From the NCBI GenBank assembly GCA_963678315.1, contig OY782781.1:2112001-2176000 (forward strand): a DNA stretch of 64,000 bases. Reading direction: 5' to 3'. Positions 10,408 to 20,863 of this stretch are shown piece by piece. A model generated the notes under the pieces. That model was given only the letters and a program-made list of their open reading frames with translations. It had not been told where the DNA came from and ran no database searches. The stretch's first letter is position 1; each line of letters begins with the position of its first letter. Source of the stretch: Candidatus Cloacimonadales bacterium. GTDB taxonomy: Bacteria; Cloacimonadota; Cloacimonadia; Cloacimonadales; JAFGVF01. The translations under genes were made by a program, and so were the position numbers.

Positions 10408-13400
10408 ATGAAAAAAGTAATCACCACGCTTTTGATTTCTATGATTTGCCTTGTTTCGCAAGCTATTGTAGTGGAAACAGGTAGTCTAAAAGCTTTTCTA
10501 TATGGTACTGATGAGAACTTAGAGTATGATAACTACTCATCTCACATAGCTGAAGGAATTGCTTCTGCTAATTATAACTATTATGCTCCTTTTGATCCAC
10601 AAACTAATGGATTCGGAGACTTCCAAATGCCAAATTCTACTGATTTGACTAATTGGACTGCTATCTCTGAAGCATTTGTTGCAGGAAACTATGAGCAAGC
10701 TCAAACATTATTAGATAACAACAGTTATCCTTATCATGTAGTTCAATTTAACGATACTGACTTTGATAGAACATATTACATGCTTAGAGAAACTTTAAAT
10801 GATGATTTCGATGATAATATAGATAGTGACCCAACTGATGACGTAACAGGTTCTTTTGATTATGGTTGGGGACTCTATATCTTCAATCCAGAAGCATCAA
10901 ATCCTATAGTTGTTACTGCACCTCATCCTACTGATGACTTCCCTACCATAGTAACAAGTTATCATTGTTTTGTAGAATGGGATTCAATGTTCTTATTAGT
11001 AACTGGCGCTGGTCGTGAAGTAAAATGGACCAATCAAGCTCCTTACTACAACAGTAAATCACTTAGTGACCCTACTAGAAATATTAACCATCCTTATAAT
11101 AAAAGTTATCAAGCCTTTTGTGATCATATAAGAGATACATTCGGTAGATTAGAATTCTCAGCTCAAATGCATAGTTATGACTGGGGTGATAGACATACTG
11201 GCTATCCTCCTTGTCAGATTTCTGCAGGTGGAACAAGACCTTGTCCTAACCTACCAATAAGAGACTTATCAGGTATGGGGCACGACATGTTTAATTCAAC
11301 TCCTGATGTTGTCTTTCCTGCTAACACTTTCGGTGTACATCGTGAAGTTACTAGAGATGAATATATGGCAGTACATAATGAAGTTTATGATTTCAACATA
11401 AACAACAACCCAGATACTCCTGCAAATGATTACATCGATTTATGGGGCTATAGTCAAAACAGACAAATGCAATATACTTTATCTGGAACAAATGACTACG
11501 ATGTAGTAGATCCTTTCTTCCATATAGAAATAGATGAGTTACCTGAAGTTTATGATCAAACAGAAGAGAATTATTACTGGTTCTGGGGTTATAATCCTTT
11601 AACACAAAGATTTGAACAAGATAAAATATTCACTATGACAGAAAACTTCTACTTAGAATGGATTCATAGAATAACTGAGAACTTAGATTATCTCTTAAAT
11701 CTAGAAGATGAAACAGTTCCAAGTGTAAACAATTTTGCATCTTTAGCACAAAACTATAACGCTATTTCTTTACAATGGGAACCTGTAAATGATTTCAACT
11801 TCGAATCATACGAAATACTATATGCTACCGAAGAAATTGCTGATGATAATTACCAAGTTTGGGACAGAAGTAATGATAATATGCTTGCTAGTATGAGAAC
11901 TGGTGAAACACTAATTACATCTCTTAATCCAGATACTAACTACCACTTTAAAATTAGAGTTACCGATTATGCTGGTAATACTTCTATGCTTTCTGACGAA
12001 GTTGTAGTAGAAACTTCTCCTTACAGAATTTCTAATTTCAAGGCATATTCTGACGATGGTGCAATCACTATTCAATGGAATGCTCAAAATGAATCTTCTT
12101 TATCTATCTATAAGATTCATAGACGTCAAGTTGGTGGAACATGGGAAGGTGTTGAAAATGTTGTAGCAACTAATGAATCAAATAACCATTCATATCAATG
12201 GATAGATACAGATGTTACTTACGGCACATATTATGAATATAAACTTGAAGTCTTCACACAAGTTGGAGAATCTTACCAGTATGACTATACTGTTTCTGCT
12301 CATGCTAGTGACTATATTCAACTAATTGTTTCCAACCAAGATGGCACTGTAGCTGATACAGTAGTAATTTCATGTAATGCTGAAGCTTCAAATAGTTATG
12401 ATTCATATTATGATGTTGTTACTTCAACTTCAGGAAGCGGAGACTATATTGTTGCAGCTTTATATGAACAATACTGGGATTCTAGTCAAAGATACCTTGA
12501 AAAAGAAGTAGATGCTGATATCAATCTTAACGAAGATTATGCTACATTTGTTTTAGCTGTTAGATCCTCTTTAACTAATGAACAGTTAAATATCACAGTC
12601 GGTGATTTTGACGAAAGATCTACAAGAAAGGTTGTTGTAAGAGAATCTTCTAGTAATATCGCTGATTTAAACAATGATGAGTTAAACTTCCAAGTATCTA
12701 ATACTTCATTTAAAACTTTCAATGTTTATTACGGTAATCTAAATCCTACTTTAGTTATGTCTTCAGCTCCAGCTTACAAGATTTATCATCCAAATGAATC
12801 TATAAACTTCCAATGGTCTACACAAAACCAATTCTTGGTTGATCATTATAGAATAGAATTAATGGGCGATGACTCAACTATTCTAGTTGACGATAACGCA
12901 GCTGCCAACACATCATATTATCCTTGGTTTATTCCTGCTGATACAAATATTCAAGATGCTAAACTTGTTGTAACAATCTACGCTTTAGATGGTGAAGAGA
13001 TAACATATATCTCTGACTGGGAATTAGGTGTTTTACCATTAGAGCTAAATTACTATTTTGATCAAGGATACCAGATGGTTTCTCATGTATGGCAAGATGA
13101 AACAGTTAGTGCGAATGATTTATTCGGTGCAGGAAATATGCTTTACGAATTTACTTTAGGACAAACTTTCAACCCTACTCTATTCTATAACTTTGGAAAA
13201 GGTTACTGGGTTAATTGTCCGGCTGATGTAGAATCAACTATTGATGTACCTGTTACAAATGATGAATTCACTGTAGCTCTAAATGCTGGTTGGAACTTAT
13301 TAGGTAATCCATATCCATCATTTATGGATGTTTCTGGATTTATATTCAAGGTAGATGGTGTTGAATACTCAATGGGTGAAATGCTAACAAATGGCTTTAT

Positions 13401-14307
13401 TTCTAGAGGTATCTATGATTTAGACTATAATGGATATCATCTTACTGATAGAATTAAACCTATGGAAGCCTTCTTCTTACATAATAATCTTGATTTAAAT
13501 ATAGTTGAGTTAACTTATACACCTTACTATGATCATTATGAACTTGAACTTATCCCTTCAGAATGGGATATCAATATTGTAGCTAATAATGGTCAAGTGG
13601 ACAATTTAACTCTTGGTTTTAGCAACTATGCTAGCGATGAATATGACATGAATATTGATTTACCAAAAGCTCCTGGTTATCCATTTGATGGTGTAGATCT
13701 TTATATTGCTTATCCTGAAGATGATTTAAACTTCATGTATGATAAAGGCCATGTTGATTATAAATCTCCTATGTTTGCAGAAGAGATGACTTCTAAAAGC
13801 TGGATGATTGGACTTAACTGTGAAACTTTAGACAGCGTAGAACTTCAATACAACGCAATTAATTTCCCAACTAATGAATTATTTACTTATATTCGTTATA
13901 ATGGTGAATTATATTACTTTGACCAAGAACATAACTTCCAGTTTGAACCAACAGAAATTGGTGAATATATGCTTGAATTAGTTGTTTCACAAGTGATGTT
14001 AAGTAATGATAATGGTTCTGTTGATCCATTCACTACTCAATTCGATGTGTATCCTAACCCATTCAATCCTGAAACTTCAATTTCATTTAATATAAAGAAT
14101 GATTCTAAAGTTGAACTTGATGTCTTTAATATTAAAGGTCAAAAAGTTAAATCTATCTGTTCAGATCAAATGACTGCTGGAACTCATACTTATGTTTGGA
14201 ATGGAAGAAACTCTCAAAATAAAGCTACTGCTTCTGGTGTTTATTTCATGAGATTAAAAGTTTCTGGTGAAAAAACAAGAGTTAAAAAAGTAATGTTAAT
14301 GAAATAG
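10408..14307 (+). CDS. Large secreted protein: putative Zn-hydrolase-like N-domain, fibronectin type III repeats, C-terminal FlgD-Ig/T9SS-like domain
   Basis: Signal peptide MKKVITTLL, FN3 signature (LNPDTNYHFKIRVTDYAGN), GWNLLGNPY, VYPNPFNPET...KKVMLMK. The start could also be 10399. Confidence 0.75.
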   Translation: MKKVITTLLISMICLVSQAIVVETGSLKAFLYGTDENLEYDNYSSHIAEGIASANYNYYAPFDPQTNGFGDFQMPNSTDLTNWTAISEAFVAGNYEQAQTLLDNNSYPYHVVQFNDTDFDRTYYMLRETLNDDFDDNIDSDPTDDVTGSFDYGWGLYIFNPEASNPIVVTAPHPTDDFPTIVTSYHCFVEWDSMFLLVTGAGREVKWTNQAPYYNSKSLSDPTRNINHPYNKSYQAFCDHIRDTFGRLEFSAQMHSYDWGDRHTGYPPCQISAGGTRPCPNLPIRDLSGMGHDMFNSTPDVVFPANTFGVHREVTRDEYMAVHNEVYDFNINNNPDTPANDYIDLWGYSQNRQMQYTLSGTNDYDVVDPFFHIEIDELPEVYDQTEENYYWFWGYNPLTQRFEQDKIFTMTENFYLEWIHRITENLDYLLNLEDETVPSVNNFASLAQNYNAISLQWEPVNDFNFESYEILYATEEIADDNYQVWDRSNDNMLASMRTGETLITSLNPDTNYHFKIRVTDYAGNTSMLSDEVVVETSPYRISNFKAYSDDGAITIQWNAQNESSLSIYKIHRRQVGGTWEGVENVVATNESNNHSYQWIDTDVTYGTYYEYKLEVFTQVGESYQYDYTVSAHASDYIQLIVSNQDGTVADTVVISCNAEASNSYDSYYDVVTSTSGSGDYIVAALYEQYWDSSQRYLEKEVDADINLNEDYATFVLAVRSSLTNEQLNITVGDFDERSTRKVVVRESSSNIADLNNDELNFQVSNTSFKTFNVYYGNLNPTLVMSSAPAYKIYHPNESINFQWSTQNQFLVDHYRIELMGDDSTILVDDNAAANTSYYPWFIPADTNIQDAKLVVTIYALDGEEITYISDWELGVLPLELNYYFDQGYQMVSHVWQDETVSANDLFGAGNMLYEFTLGQTFNPTLFYNFGKGYWVNCPADVESTIDVPVTNDEFTVALNAGWNLLGNPYPSFMDVSGFIFKVDGVEYSMGEMLTNGFISRGIYDLDYNGYHLTDRIKPMEAFFLHNNLDLNIVELTYTPYYDHYELELIPSEWDINIVANNGQVDNLTLGFSNYASDEYDMNIDLPKAPGYPFDGVDLYIAYPEDDLNFMYDKGHVDYKSPMFAEEMTSKSWMIGLNCETLDSVELQYNAINFPTNELFTYIRYNGELYYFDQEHNFQFEPTEIGEYMLELVVSQVMLSNDNGSVDPFTTQFDVYPNPFNPETSISFNIKNDSKVELDVFNIKGQKVKSICSDQMTAGTHTYVWNGRNSQNKATASGVYFMRLKVSGEKTRVKKVMLMK

Positions 14308-14330
14308 TTAATAATTACGTAAATAAATTC

Positions 14331-14364
14331 AAAGAGAGCCTGCTTCAAGTAGGCTCTTTCTTTT
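14331..14364 (+). terminator. Rho-independent terminator
   Basis: aaagagagcctgctt-c-aagtaggctctttctttt. Confidence 0.75.
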
Positions 14365-14412
14365 ATGAATAAATTATCTAAAAGATTCATTGTTTTCTTG
14401 GATATGTTACTA

Positions 14413-14452
14413 GCCTCCTGCATTAAATTAGCTTTTTATGCAGAAGACCCTT
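14413..14452. repeat. Dispersed palindromic repeat, copy 2
   Basis: gcctcctgcattaaattagctttttatgcagaagaccctt closely matches the reverse complement of the 6965-7014 copy. Confidence 0.7.
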
Positions 14453-14463
14453 AATTCTGAACT

Positions 14464-14502
14464 AAAAAAAAGATAGAAATCCTCTATTAAGAATCTCTAT
14501 CT
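14464..14502 (-). terminator. Probable terminator of hsp20
   Basis: agatagaaatcct/agaatctctatct stem next to an A-run (T-run on the minus strand). Confidence 0.5.
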
Positions 14503-14522
14503 AATTTGCTTGTTTGTTTTGT

Positions 14523-14912
14523 TTAGCTTATTTTTATTGTTTTGGGAGAATTATTTATTCTTTTAGGTATAATTAAGTTTAATATCCCGTGAGATAACTT
14601 AGCTCTTAAATTCTCTACATCACAAGTTGATGGAATATAAAATGACCTGTTAACTTTATTTGATGTAGCTATCTCTTGCATATGTAAAATGTCATTATCA
14701 TTATATTTCTTTTTAGTAGTCTCAGCTTTTATAGTTAATAAGTTATCCTTCACACTAACATTAATCTCTTCTTTAGAAAAGCCAGGTAAATATGACTTAA
14801 CTAGGAAGCCTTGGTCACTTTCAATTATATCAACAGGAATTTTATCATTTGAATGCCATCTGTTATAATTTACTGCTCTATTACTTAATCGTTTAGTATC
14901 TTGATTATACAT
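14523..14912 (-). CDS. Hsp20/alpha-crystallin small heat-shock protein
   Basis: PVDIIE...LPGFSKEEI.V...LTIKAE...RSF.IP...AKLSHGIL.L.IPK. Confidence 0.93.
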   Translation of the reverse strand: MYNQDTKRLSNRAVNYNRWHSNDKIPVDIIESDQGFLVKSYLPGFSKEEINVSVKDNLLTIKAETTKKKYNDNDILHMQEIATSNKVNRSFYIPSTCDVENLRAKLSHGILNLIIPKRINNSPKTIKIS

Positions 14913-14985
14913 ATCAAAAACTCCTTTCTAATCTTAATTTCAATTCAATATCTACATACACAGTTAATCATGTCAATAAATATTA

Positions 14986-15012
14986 TTAGCATTCAATGAA
15001 AAAGTCTGCTAA
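14986..15012. promoter_or_regulatory. CIRCE-like (HrcA operator) upstream of hsp20
   Basis: TTAGCATTC-N9-GTCTGCTAA versus consensus TTAGCACTC-N9-GAGTGCTAA. It lies just upstream of a minus-strand TTGACA (14976-14971). Confidence 0.75.
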
Positions 15013-15072
15013 AAAGAGTTTCATAATGAGCTAATATAAAGTTAAACAGTCTTTTATGAGAGTAGAAGAATT

Positions 15073-15099
15073 TTAGCAATATTTTGAAGTCTTTGCTAA
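15073..15099. promoter_or_regulatory. Second, weaker CIRCE-like site
   Basis: TTAGCAATA-N9-CTTTGCTAA with exact 9-bp spacing. Confidence 0.5.
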
Positions 15100-15287
15100 T
15101 AAAGAATGGATTTATACTCAATCCTTGTCGCATTCTTGAAGTCTAAACCAAAAAGATATTAATTATAAGCTTTTAAGATATCTCATAAAATTCTGTTAAA
15201 AGAATTCATTAATAATTGATTTAGAAAACTGTTGACGTATGTTTCAAATATATAAAAATTGAAAAAATATTACTTAAGGAGTCCATT

Positions 15288-15608
15288 ATGATGCCAGGTG
15301 GAAACATGAAACAATTAATGAAGAAAGCTCAGAAGATGCAAAAAGACCTATTGAAAGCTCAAGAAGAGATGGAGAATAAGATTTTTGAGTGTACTTCAGG
15401 TGGAGGCATGGTTAAAATAGAAATGAATGGTAAGTATGAAGTTAAGGGAATTAAAATAGATCCAGAAGTAATTGACCCAGATGATGTAGAAATGTTAGAA
15501 GACTTGATTCTAGCAGCATTGAAAGATGGATTTGACCAAGTATCTAAAAATAACGAATCTTCAATGTCTAATATTACTGGTGGCATGAAGATTCCAGGTC
15601 TATTCTAA
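15288..15608 (+). CDS. ybaB: YbaB/EbfC nucleoid-associated protein
   Basis: MKQLMKKAQKMQ...SGGGMVK...DVEMLEDLILAA; directly upstream of recR. Confidence 0.95.
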   Translation: MMPGGNMKQLMKKAQKMQKDLLKAQEEMENKIFECTSGGGMVKIEMNGKYEVKGIKIDPEVIDPDDVEMLEDLILAALKDGFDQVSKNNESSMSNITGGMKIPGLF

Positions 15609-15633
15609 TATAGGGAAGCTTACTTAAAAAACA

Positions 15634-16230
15634 ATGATTAAAATTATTGAAGAATTAAAAGATTCTTTGAAGATATTGCCAGGGATTGGGGATAAAACAG
15701 CTCAAAAACTGGCTCTTTTCCTTCTTTCAGGTAATAAAGAGTCTGCTATAACTTTAGGTCAAACAATTATTAGCACAGTAAATAGTGTAGTTAATTGCCC
15801 TATCTGTAATATATTAACAGACGTATCTCCTTGCCAATTCTGCTCTGATACTTCAAGAAATGAAGCTCAATTATGTATTGTAGAAAATACAGCAGATGTT
15901 TTTATGATGGAGTCAACTGGCGAATACCATGGCTTTTATTTCATATTAGGCAATCTATTATCCCCCATTGACGGGATAGGTCCTAAAGAGATTTCTATAG
16001 ATCATTTATTAGATAGAATAAGCAACTTCCCAATTCAAGAAGTAGTTTTAGCCTTAAGTCCATCAGTTGAAGGTGAAACAACAATCTCCTATATCTCTGA
16101 TAGACTAAGTGATTGGAATGGTTCAATTACAAGACTTTCTACAGGATTACCTTTTGGTGGCGATTTGGAGTATTCAAACAAAGTAACAATAGCTAATGCT
16201 CTCAAGCACAGATTAAAAGTTAAGGAATAG
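15634..16230 (+). CDS. recR: Recombination mediator RecR
   Basis: LPGIGDKTAQKL HhH, C4 zinc finger, Toprim (LSPIDGIGP, EGETT, GLPFGGDLEY). Confidence 0.97.
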   Translation: MIKIIEELKDSLKILPGIGDKTAQKLALFLLSGNKESAITLGQTIISTVNSVVNCPICNILTDVSPCQFCSDTSRNEAQLCIVENTADVFMMESTGEYHGFYFILGNLLSPIDGIGPKEISIDHLLDRISNFPIQEVVLALSPSVEGETTISYISDRLSDWNGSITRLSTGLPFGGDLEYSNKVTIANALKHRLKVKE

Positions 16231-16233
16231 CTG

Positions 16234-16860
16234 ATGTTCACAGGAATAATCGAAGAAGTTGGCACATTAAAAAGATTAACATCAAAGAATGGAAAGAAAT
16301 ATCTAACTATCGAAGCAAAGATTGTAACAAATGATATAAAGCTAGGAGATTCTGTAGCTTCTAACGGTATTTGCTTAACAGTAACGGCTTTTGATAAGGA
16401 TTCTATTACAGTTGAAGTAATGAACGAAACTATTCAAAAAACAAGTGCCAAAGATTGGACTATCAACAATAAGATTAATCTTGAAAGAGCCTTATTACTG
16501 TCTAACCGATTAGATGGTCATATTGTTCAAGGTCATGTAGATACTGTTTCCCATATTGCTAGAATTAAGCAAGTTGGAGACACGAAATATATATCAATTG
16601 CAGTACCAAGACAATATAGCCATTTGTTAGTTCCCCAAGGATCAATAGCCGTTAATGGCATTAGTCTTACAGTTGCAAAGCTCGATGCTTCTACATTTGA
16701 TGTAGCCCTTATTAGTTTTACAGAAGGTCATACGAACTTAAGCAATGCAAATGTTGCAGATAGAGTTAATCTAGAATTTGATATTATTGGAAAATATCTT
16801 TATAGATTTTCCCAAACTCCTAAACTCACAAAAGAGTGGTTAGATGAAAATAATTTCTAG
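16234..16860 (+). CDS. ribE: Riboflavin synthase (alpha chain)
   Basis: MFTGIIEE, GDSVASNGICLTV, NLERAL, GHIVQGHVD, VNLEFD. Confidence 0.96.
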   Translation: MFTGIIEEVGTLKRLTSKNGKKYLTIEAKIVTNDIKLGDSVASNGICLTVTAFDKDSITVEVMNETIQKTSAKDWTINNKINLERALLLSNRLDGHIVQGHVDTVSHIARIKQVGDTKYISIAVPRQYSHLLVPQGSIAVNGISLTVAKLDASTFDVALISFTEGHTNLSNANVADRVNLEFDIIGKYLYRFSQTPKLTKEWLDENNF

Positions 16861-18133
16861 ACTAACAATCCTTCTACTAATCATATTATCTATTGCCTGT
16901 GGTAAGCAAAAGAATCCAGCAGGTGGACCTGAAGATAAATCACCATTGAAAATAGTTTCTATATCACCTGAGAACTACAATTCAATATCAGGCAAAGAAA
17001 TTGAAATTTTATTCAACAAAAGTTTAGATAGGAAGAGTGTTACTAACAGCTTTCAATTCTATCCTCCATTAGATAGCTACCAGATTGAAACTTCTACTAG
17101 AAGTGTTAAAATCACAATTGAAGATTCTCTTAAAGCCAATCAAAATATCTATTTTACTATTCTTGATATTGTAAAAGATACTCGTAATAATACTCTTGAA
17201 ATGCCGAAAACCTATATTTATAGTAACGGCAAGCTTCAAGATACTAAAATTACAGGGATTATTAGATATGAAAAAGAAGAAGATAGTAAGTTAGATAAAG
17301 AGCTTATTTTACTAGATGCAGATTCAATCAGTATGTTTTCAAAGACATTTAAGAGGTCGTCATTTGATATTGACGGACTTGATAGCAAACAGTATGTTTT
17401 AAGATGTTACATAGATAAAACCAATAATGGTAGATATAATATTGAAAAAGAGCCTTATTATGAAACTCTAGTTGACTCAACAGAAATTAGAAATGTTGAA
17501 TTATATTTATCTTATGCTGATACTACAAGAGTTTTAGCTAAAAGTGCAAAAGCAATTTATAACAATCTAGTTGAAATCAAGCTTAGTGAAGTGCCTGAAT
17601 TTATTGATGATATCGAAATAATATGTTTAAAAGATACAACTAATCTCAAAATAGAATTTTCTGATTTAGACCAGGATATACTTAACATTGTAACAACTAA
17701 TCAAGATACAACTATGTATGAGATTAGACTAAAGGATATCTTTGATTCTAATGATAATAAAACAGATTTGACTGTGAAGACTTTTCAAGGCTCTGTAAAA
17801 GCTGATACATTAGCTCCTGAGTTATTATCAACTTCACCAAGAAATGGTTCATCTGTATATAATTCAAAGCCACAGTTCTCTTTAGTATTCAATGAAATCA
17901 TTAAAAGTAGTGATTTTGTTTCTAGCCTAAAAGAAATTGAAACAGGTAGAATTATAGCAACTAAAATTATTAAAGCCAATTCACATAATGTAATAATTGA
18001 AGCTCAGAAAGAGTTGAAAAATTACAATAGCTATCTGCTTACAATAAGTAGCAAAACTAAGGATTTATCTGGTAATAGACTTATAGATGACGTACTCATA
18101 TCATTTATGGTTACTTTAAAGAGTGACAGTTAA
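16844..18133 (+). CDS. Lipoprotein with bacterial Ig-like (Big_5) domains
   Basis: Lipobox SIAC, P.GGPEDKSPL, DTLAPELLSTSP and KDLSGN motifs. Confidence 0.75.
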   Translation: MKIISRLTILLLIILSIACGKQKNPAGGPEDKSPLKIVSISPENYNSISGKEIEILFNKSLDRKSVTNSFQFYPPLDSYQIETSTRSVKITIEDSLKANQNIYFTILDIVKDTRNNTLEMPKTYIYSNGKLQDTKITGIIRYEKEEDSKLDKELILLDADSISMFSKTFKRSSFDIDGLDSKQYVLRCYIDKTNNGRYNIEKEPYYETLVDSTEIRNVELYLSYADTTRVLAKSAKAIYNNLVEIKLSEVPEFIDDIEIICLKDTTNLKIEFSDLDQDILNIVTTNQDTTMYEIRLKDIFDSNDNKTDLTVKTFQGSVKADTLAPELLSTSPRNGSSVYNSKPQFSLVFNEIIKSSDFVSSLKEIETGRIIATKIIKANSHNVIIEAQKELKNYNSYLLTISSKTKDLSGNRLIDDVLISFMVTLKSDS

Positions 18134-18135
18134 GA

Positions 18136-18531
18136 TCAATAAATAGTTACGATAACTTTCCTATTTCTAGGACCATCAAATTCACAAAAGAAAACTCCTT
18201 GCCATGTTCCAAGAAGTAAACTTGAATTTTCTATAGGGATATTCAAGGAACATCCAACCAAAGTAGAACTCAAATGAGCATCAGAGTTACCTTCAGAATG
18301 CAAGTACTCTCTAAGCTTTGGAGAAAGTTTCCTAAAGGCGAACTTTAAGTCATTGATAACATTAGGGTCTGCACATTCGTTTATTGTTACTCCAGCAGTA
18401 GTGTGGGGTATGAAAATGTTTACCATGCCACATTTAATCTCTTCTTTAGTAACCAACTCATTAATTTGCTTTGTTATATCTAGAAAATCAATTTCTTTTC
18501 TAGATGAAAGAATAAACTCATATCTTTTCAT
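18136..18531 (-). CDS. yjbQ: YjbQ (UPF0047) family protein
   Basis: PHTTAGVTINE, H.EGNSDAH, LGTWQGVFFCEFDGPR. Confidence 0.93.
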   Translation of the reverse strand: MKRYEFILSSRKEIDFLDITKQINELVTKEEIKCGMVNIFIPHTTAGVTINECADPNVINDLKFAFRKLSPKLREYLHSEGNSDAHLSSTLVGCSLNIPIENSSLLLGTWQGVFFCEFDGPRNRKVIVTIY

Positions 18532-20860
18532 GTTTCCTCCAATTTGTTATATTATCCAAAAGATTAGTTTCTTTCCTTATAATATAATCACTTTCCCAAG
18601 AAATAGGTAAATACTTTTTGTAGGAAGCATGCAAAAATCTCTTATCAACTAGATATAATACACCTTTATCTGTTTCAGTTCTGATTAATCTACCTGCTGA
18701 TTGGACAATTCTTAGCAGGGCTGGAAACTTAAAAGCATAGTCGAATCCACTTTTACCTAAAGCTGAAAAGTATTGTTTTATCAATTCTCTTTCAAAGGAA
18801 ACCATTGGTAAACTAATACCTACAACAATACAACCAATCAACTGCTGACCTTGTAAATCAATACCCTCACCGAAAAAGCCACCTGATATAGCAAAAAGAA
18901 GCTGATTGTTTGAAATAGAATAAGAATTTAATACAGCTTGCCTTTCTTCACTTGTCATGCTTGTGCTTTGAATATGTAAATTAGGATTATCATTGTCTTC
19001 TTGATAAAAGTCTAGTACACTATTCAAGAACTTGTATGAAGGAAAGAAGACTATGTAGTTACCCGGATAAGACTTTATTGTTGCCTTAATCCTTAGAGCT
19101 ATCTCTTGGTAATAGGAGTCCCTATTCTTGTAAGTTGTATCAATGATTGAATCATACATAACACACATATTATTCTTATCAAAGGGAGATTCTACTTCTA
19201 ATAAATAGTTTTCTTTGGACTCCACATTCAACAAATATTCAAAATATTCATCAGGCTTTAAGGTTGCAGAAAAAAAGATAGCACTCTTTATTCTACCTGT
19301 TTGCTCTGATATAATTGGTTTAGGATTCAAGCAGTATATTCGTATGGTTAATCTTTGCTTTTTTTCTACATAAAGAACGAAATGTTCATCTAACAATTCG
19401 TATAATCGTACAAAATCATTAAGATAGAAATAGAAGTCTATCAATAAGCTTTTTGCTGGGAATGGTTTTCCAGAAGCTAGTTGAGAATCCATGGTCTTTA
19501 AGAAATCCCTAATAAGCTTCAACAAATCAGTATTAAGAACTTCTATTATATGGTTACCAACCTCAAATGTCTTTTCAATGTCAAGTAAGTACTTGTTAAG
19601 ATTCTTTAGAGTTTTTTTAATGTTTTCGGGTGAAGACTTTGCTTCTCTTTTAACAGAAAGTACTTCATTTCTTGATAGTTCTGCTGAGAACATTGCTCGT
19701 ACTCTTTCTGGTACATTATGAGCTTCATCAAAGAGCAAAGTATAGTTTTCAGTCACTATCTCAAAGAATCTTTTTAACCTAGCTTTAGGATCATAAAAGT
19801 AGTTGCAATCGCATACTATCATATCTGCCCATGAAGATAAGTCTAAAGCTAACTCAAAGGGACACATCTTTAATTCTAAGGCAATATTCTGTATTACTTC
19901 TTTTGTGAAGGTGTTATATTTAAAGAAAAGAGATTTATTATTTCTGAATTTGGTAAAGTAATCCTTGGCATATTCACATTCGTGATAATCACAAGCTTTT
20001 TCAGGATTGAAGCATATTTTTGCTTTAGCCGTTATAAAGACAGTCTTAAACTTGATATTAGACTTATCAAAAATGTTTATTGTTTCTTTAACTACCTCAG
20101 ATATGGTACCTTTGTTTGTTATGTAGAATAACTTATCAGTAAGACCTGTGGATATTGATTTCAAAGCAGGAAATAGCACAGCTGAAGTCTTACCAATTCC
20201 AGTTGGAGCTTCAATTCTTATACAAGCTTCTTTTTCTATTGTCTTGTAACTAGCAACCATAACCTTTCTTTGCCCTTTCCTCAAATCAGCAAAAGGAAAT
20301 TTAGCTGTTCCTAAATTAGCATCTCTAGAATCTCTATAGTCTTGAAGTTTGTTAATCCAAGCAAGGTAGTATTCAGTTATTTCATTATAAAAGCTCTTAA
20401 GTTCCTCAAAAGAATGAACATTATCTATAATCAGACTTTGCTCGTTATCTAAATTATAGTAGGTTAAATGGGTGCAAATGTTGTTTAGTTGATTATCTCT
20501 AGAATATAAATAGGCATAGCATATAACTTGAGCTAAGTGATATTTATTAGGATTATTCTTTAGGCTTGCTAAATCTAAATATGTCGATTTGATTTCTTCA
20601 ACAATTACTATATCATCATCTTTTACTCTTTCATAGATACCATCAGCTCTACCCGATATTACAAGCTTAAAGCTTTCTTTACAAATTTCATCAGATAAGA
20701 AATATTCTTTATGGTAATTATCTGGTCTAGACTTCTGAAGTTTAGTATGAATAGAAGTCCCAAGATTAGCTCGGGACTTCCCTAAAAAGGTTGATGATAT
20801 GTGTCCTTCCAAATAGAAGAAGTTTATAACATCTTTAATCGATATCTTATATGTTCTCAT
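18518..20860 (-). CDS. Rad3/DinG-family ATP-dependent DNA helicase with N-terminal PD-(D/E)XK nuclease and Fe-S domain
   Basis: GRADG..EEIKST, APTGIGKT, Cys cluster (CF.PEKAC...C...CPFE), DEAH, SATL, QSAGRLIR. Confidence 0.9.
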   Translation of the reverse strand: MRTYKISIKDVINFFYLEGHISSTFLGKSRANLGTSIHTKLQKSRPDNYHKEYFLSDEICKESFKLVISGRADGIYERVKDDDIVIVEEIKSTYLDLASLKNNPNKYHLAQVICYAYLYSRDNQLNNICTHLTYYNLDNEQSLIIDNVHSFEELKSFYNEITEYYLAWINKLQDYRDSRDANLGTAKFPFADLRKGQRKVMVASYKTIEKEACIRIEAPTGIGKTSAVLFPALKSISTGLTDKLFYITNKGTISEVVKETINIFDKSNIKFKTVFITAKAKICFNPEKACDYHECEYAKDYFTKFRNNKSLFFKYNTFTKEVIQNIALELKMCPFELALDLSSWADMIVCDCNYFYDPKARLKRFFEIVTENYTLLFDEAHNVPERVRAMFSAELSRNEVLSVKREAKSSPENIKKTLKNLNKYLLDIEKTFEVGNHIIEVLNTDLLKLIRDFLKTMDSQLASGKPFPAKSLLIDFYFYLNDFVRLYELLDEHFVLYVEKKQRLTIRIYCLNPKPIISEQTGRIKSAIFFSATLKPDEYFEYLLNVESKENYLLEVESPFDKNNMCVMYDSIIDTTYKNRDSYYQEIALRIKATIKSYPGNYIVFFPSYKFLNSVLDFYQEDNDNPNLHIQSTSMTSEERQAVLNSYSISNNQLLFAISGGFFGEGIDLQGQQLIGCIVVGISLPMVSFERELIKQYFSALGKSGFDYAFKFPALLRIVQSAGRLIRTETDKGVLYLVDKRFLHASYKKYLPISWESDYIIRKETNLLDNITNWRKHEKI

Positions 20861-20863
20861 TAA

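Noticed and set aside
18518..20860. Cas4/DinG as part of a type IV CRISPR or defence system
   Set aside because: It matches the common stand-alone Rad3-like helicase with an N-terminal nuclease, lies in a housekeeping operon, and has no cas neighbours.
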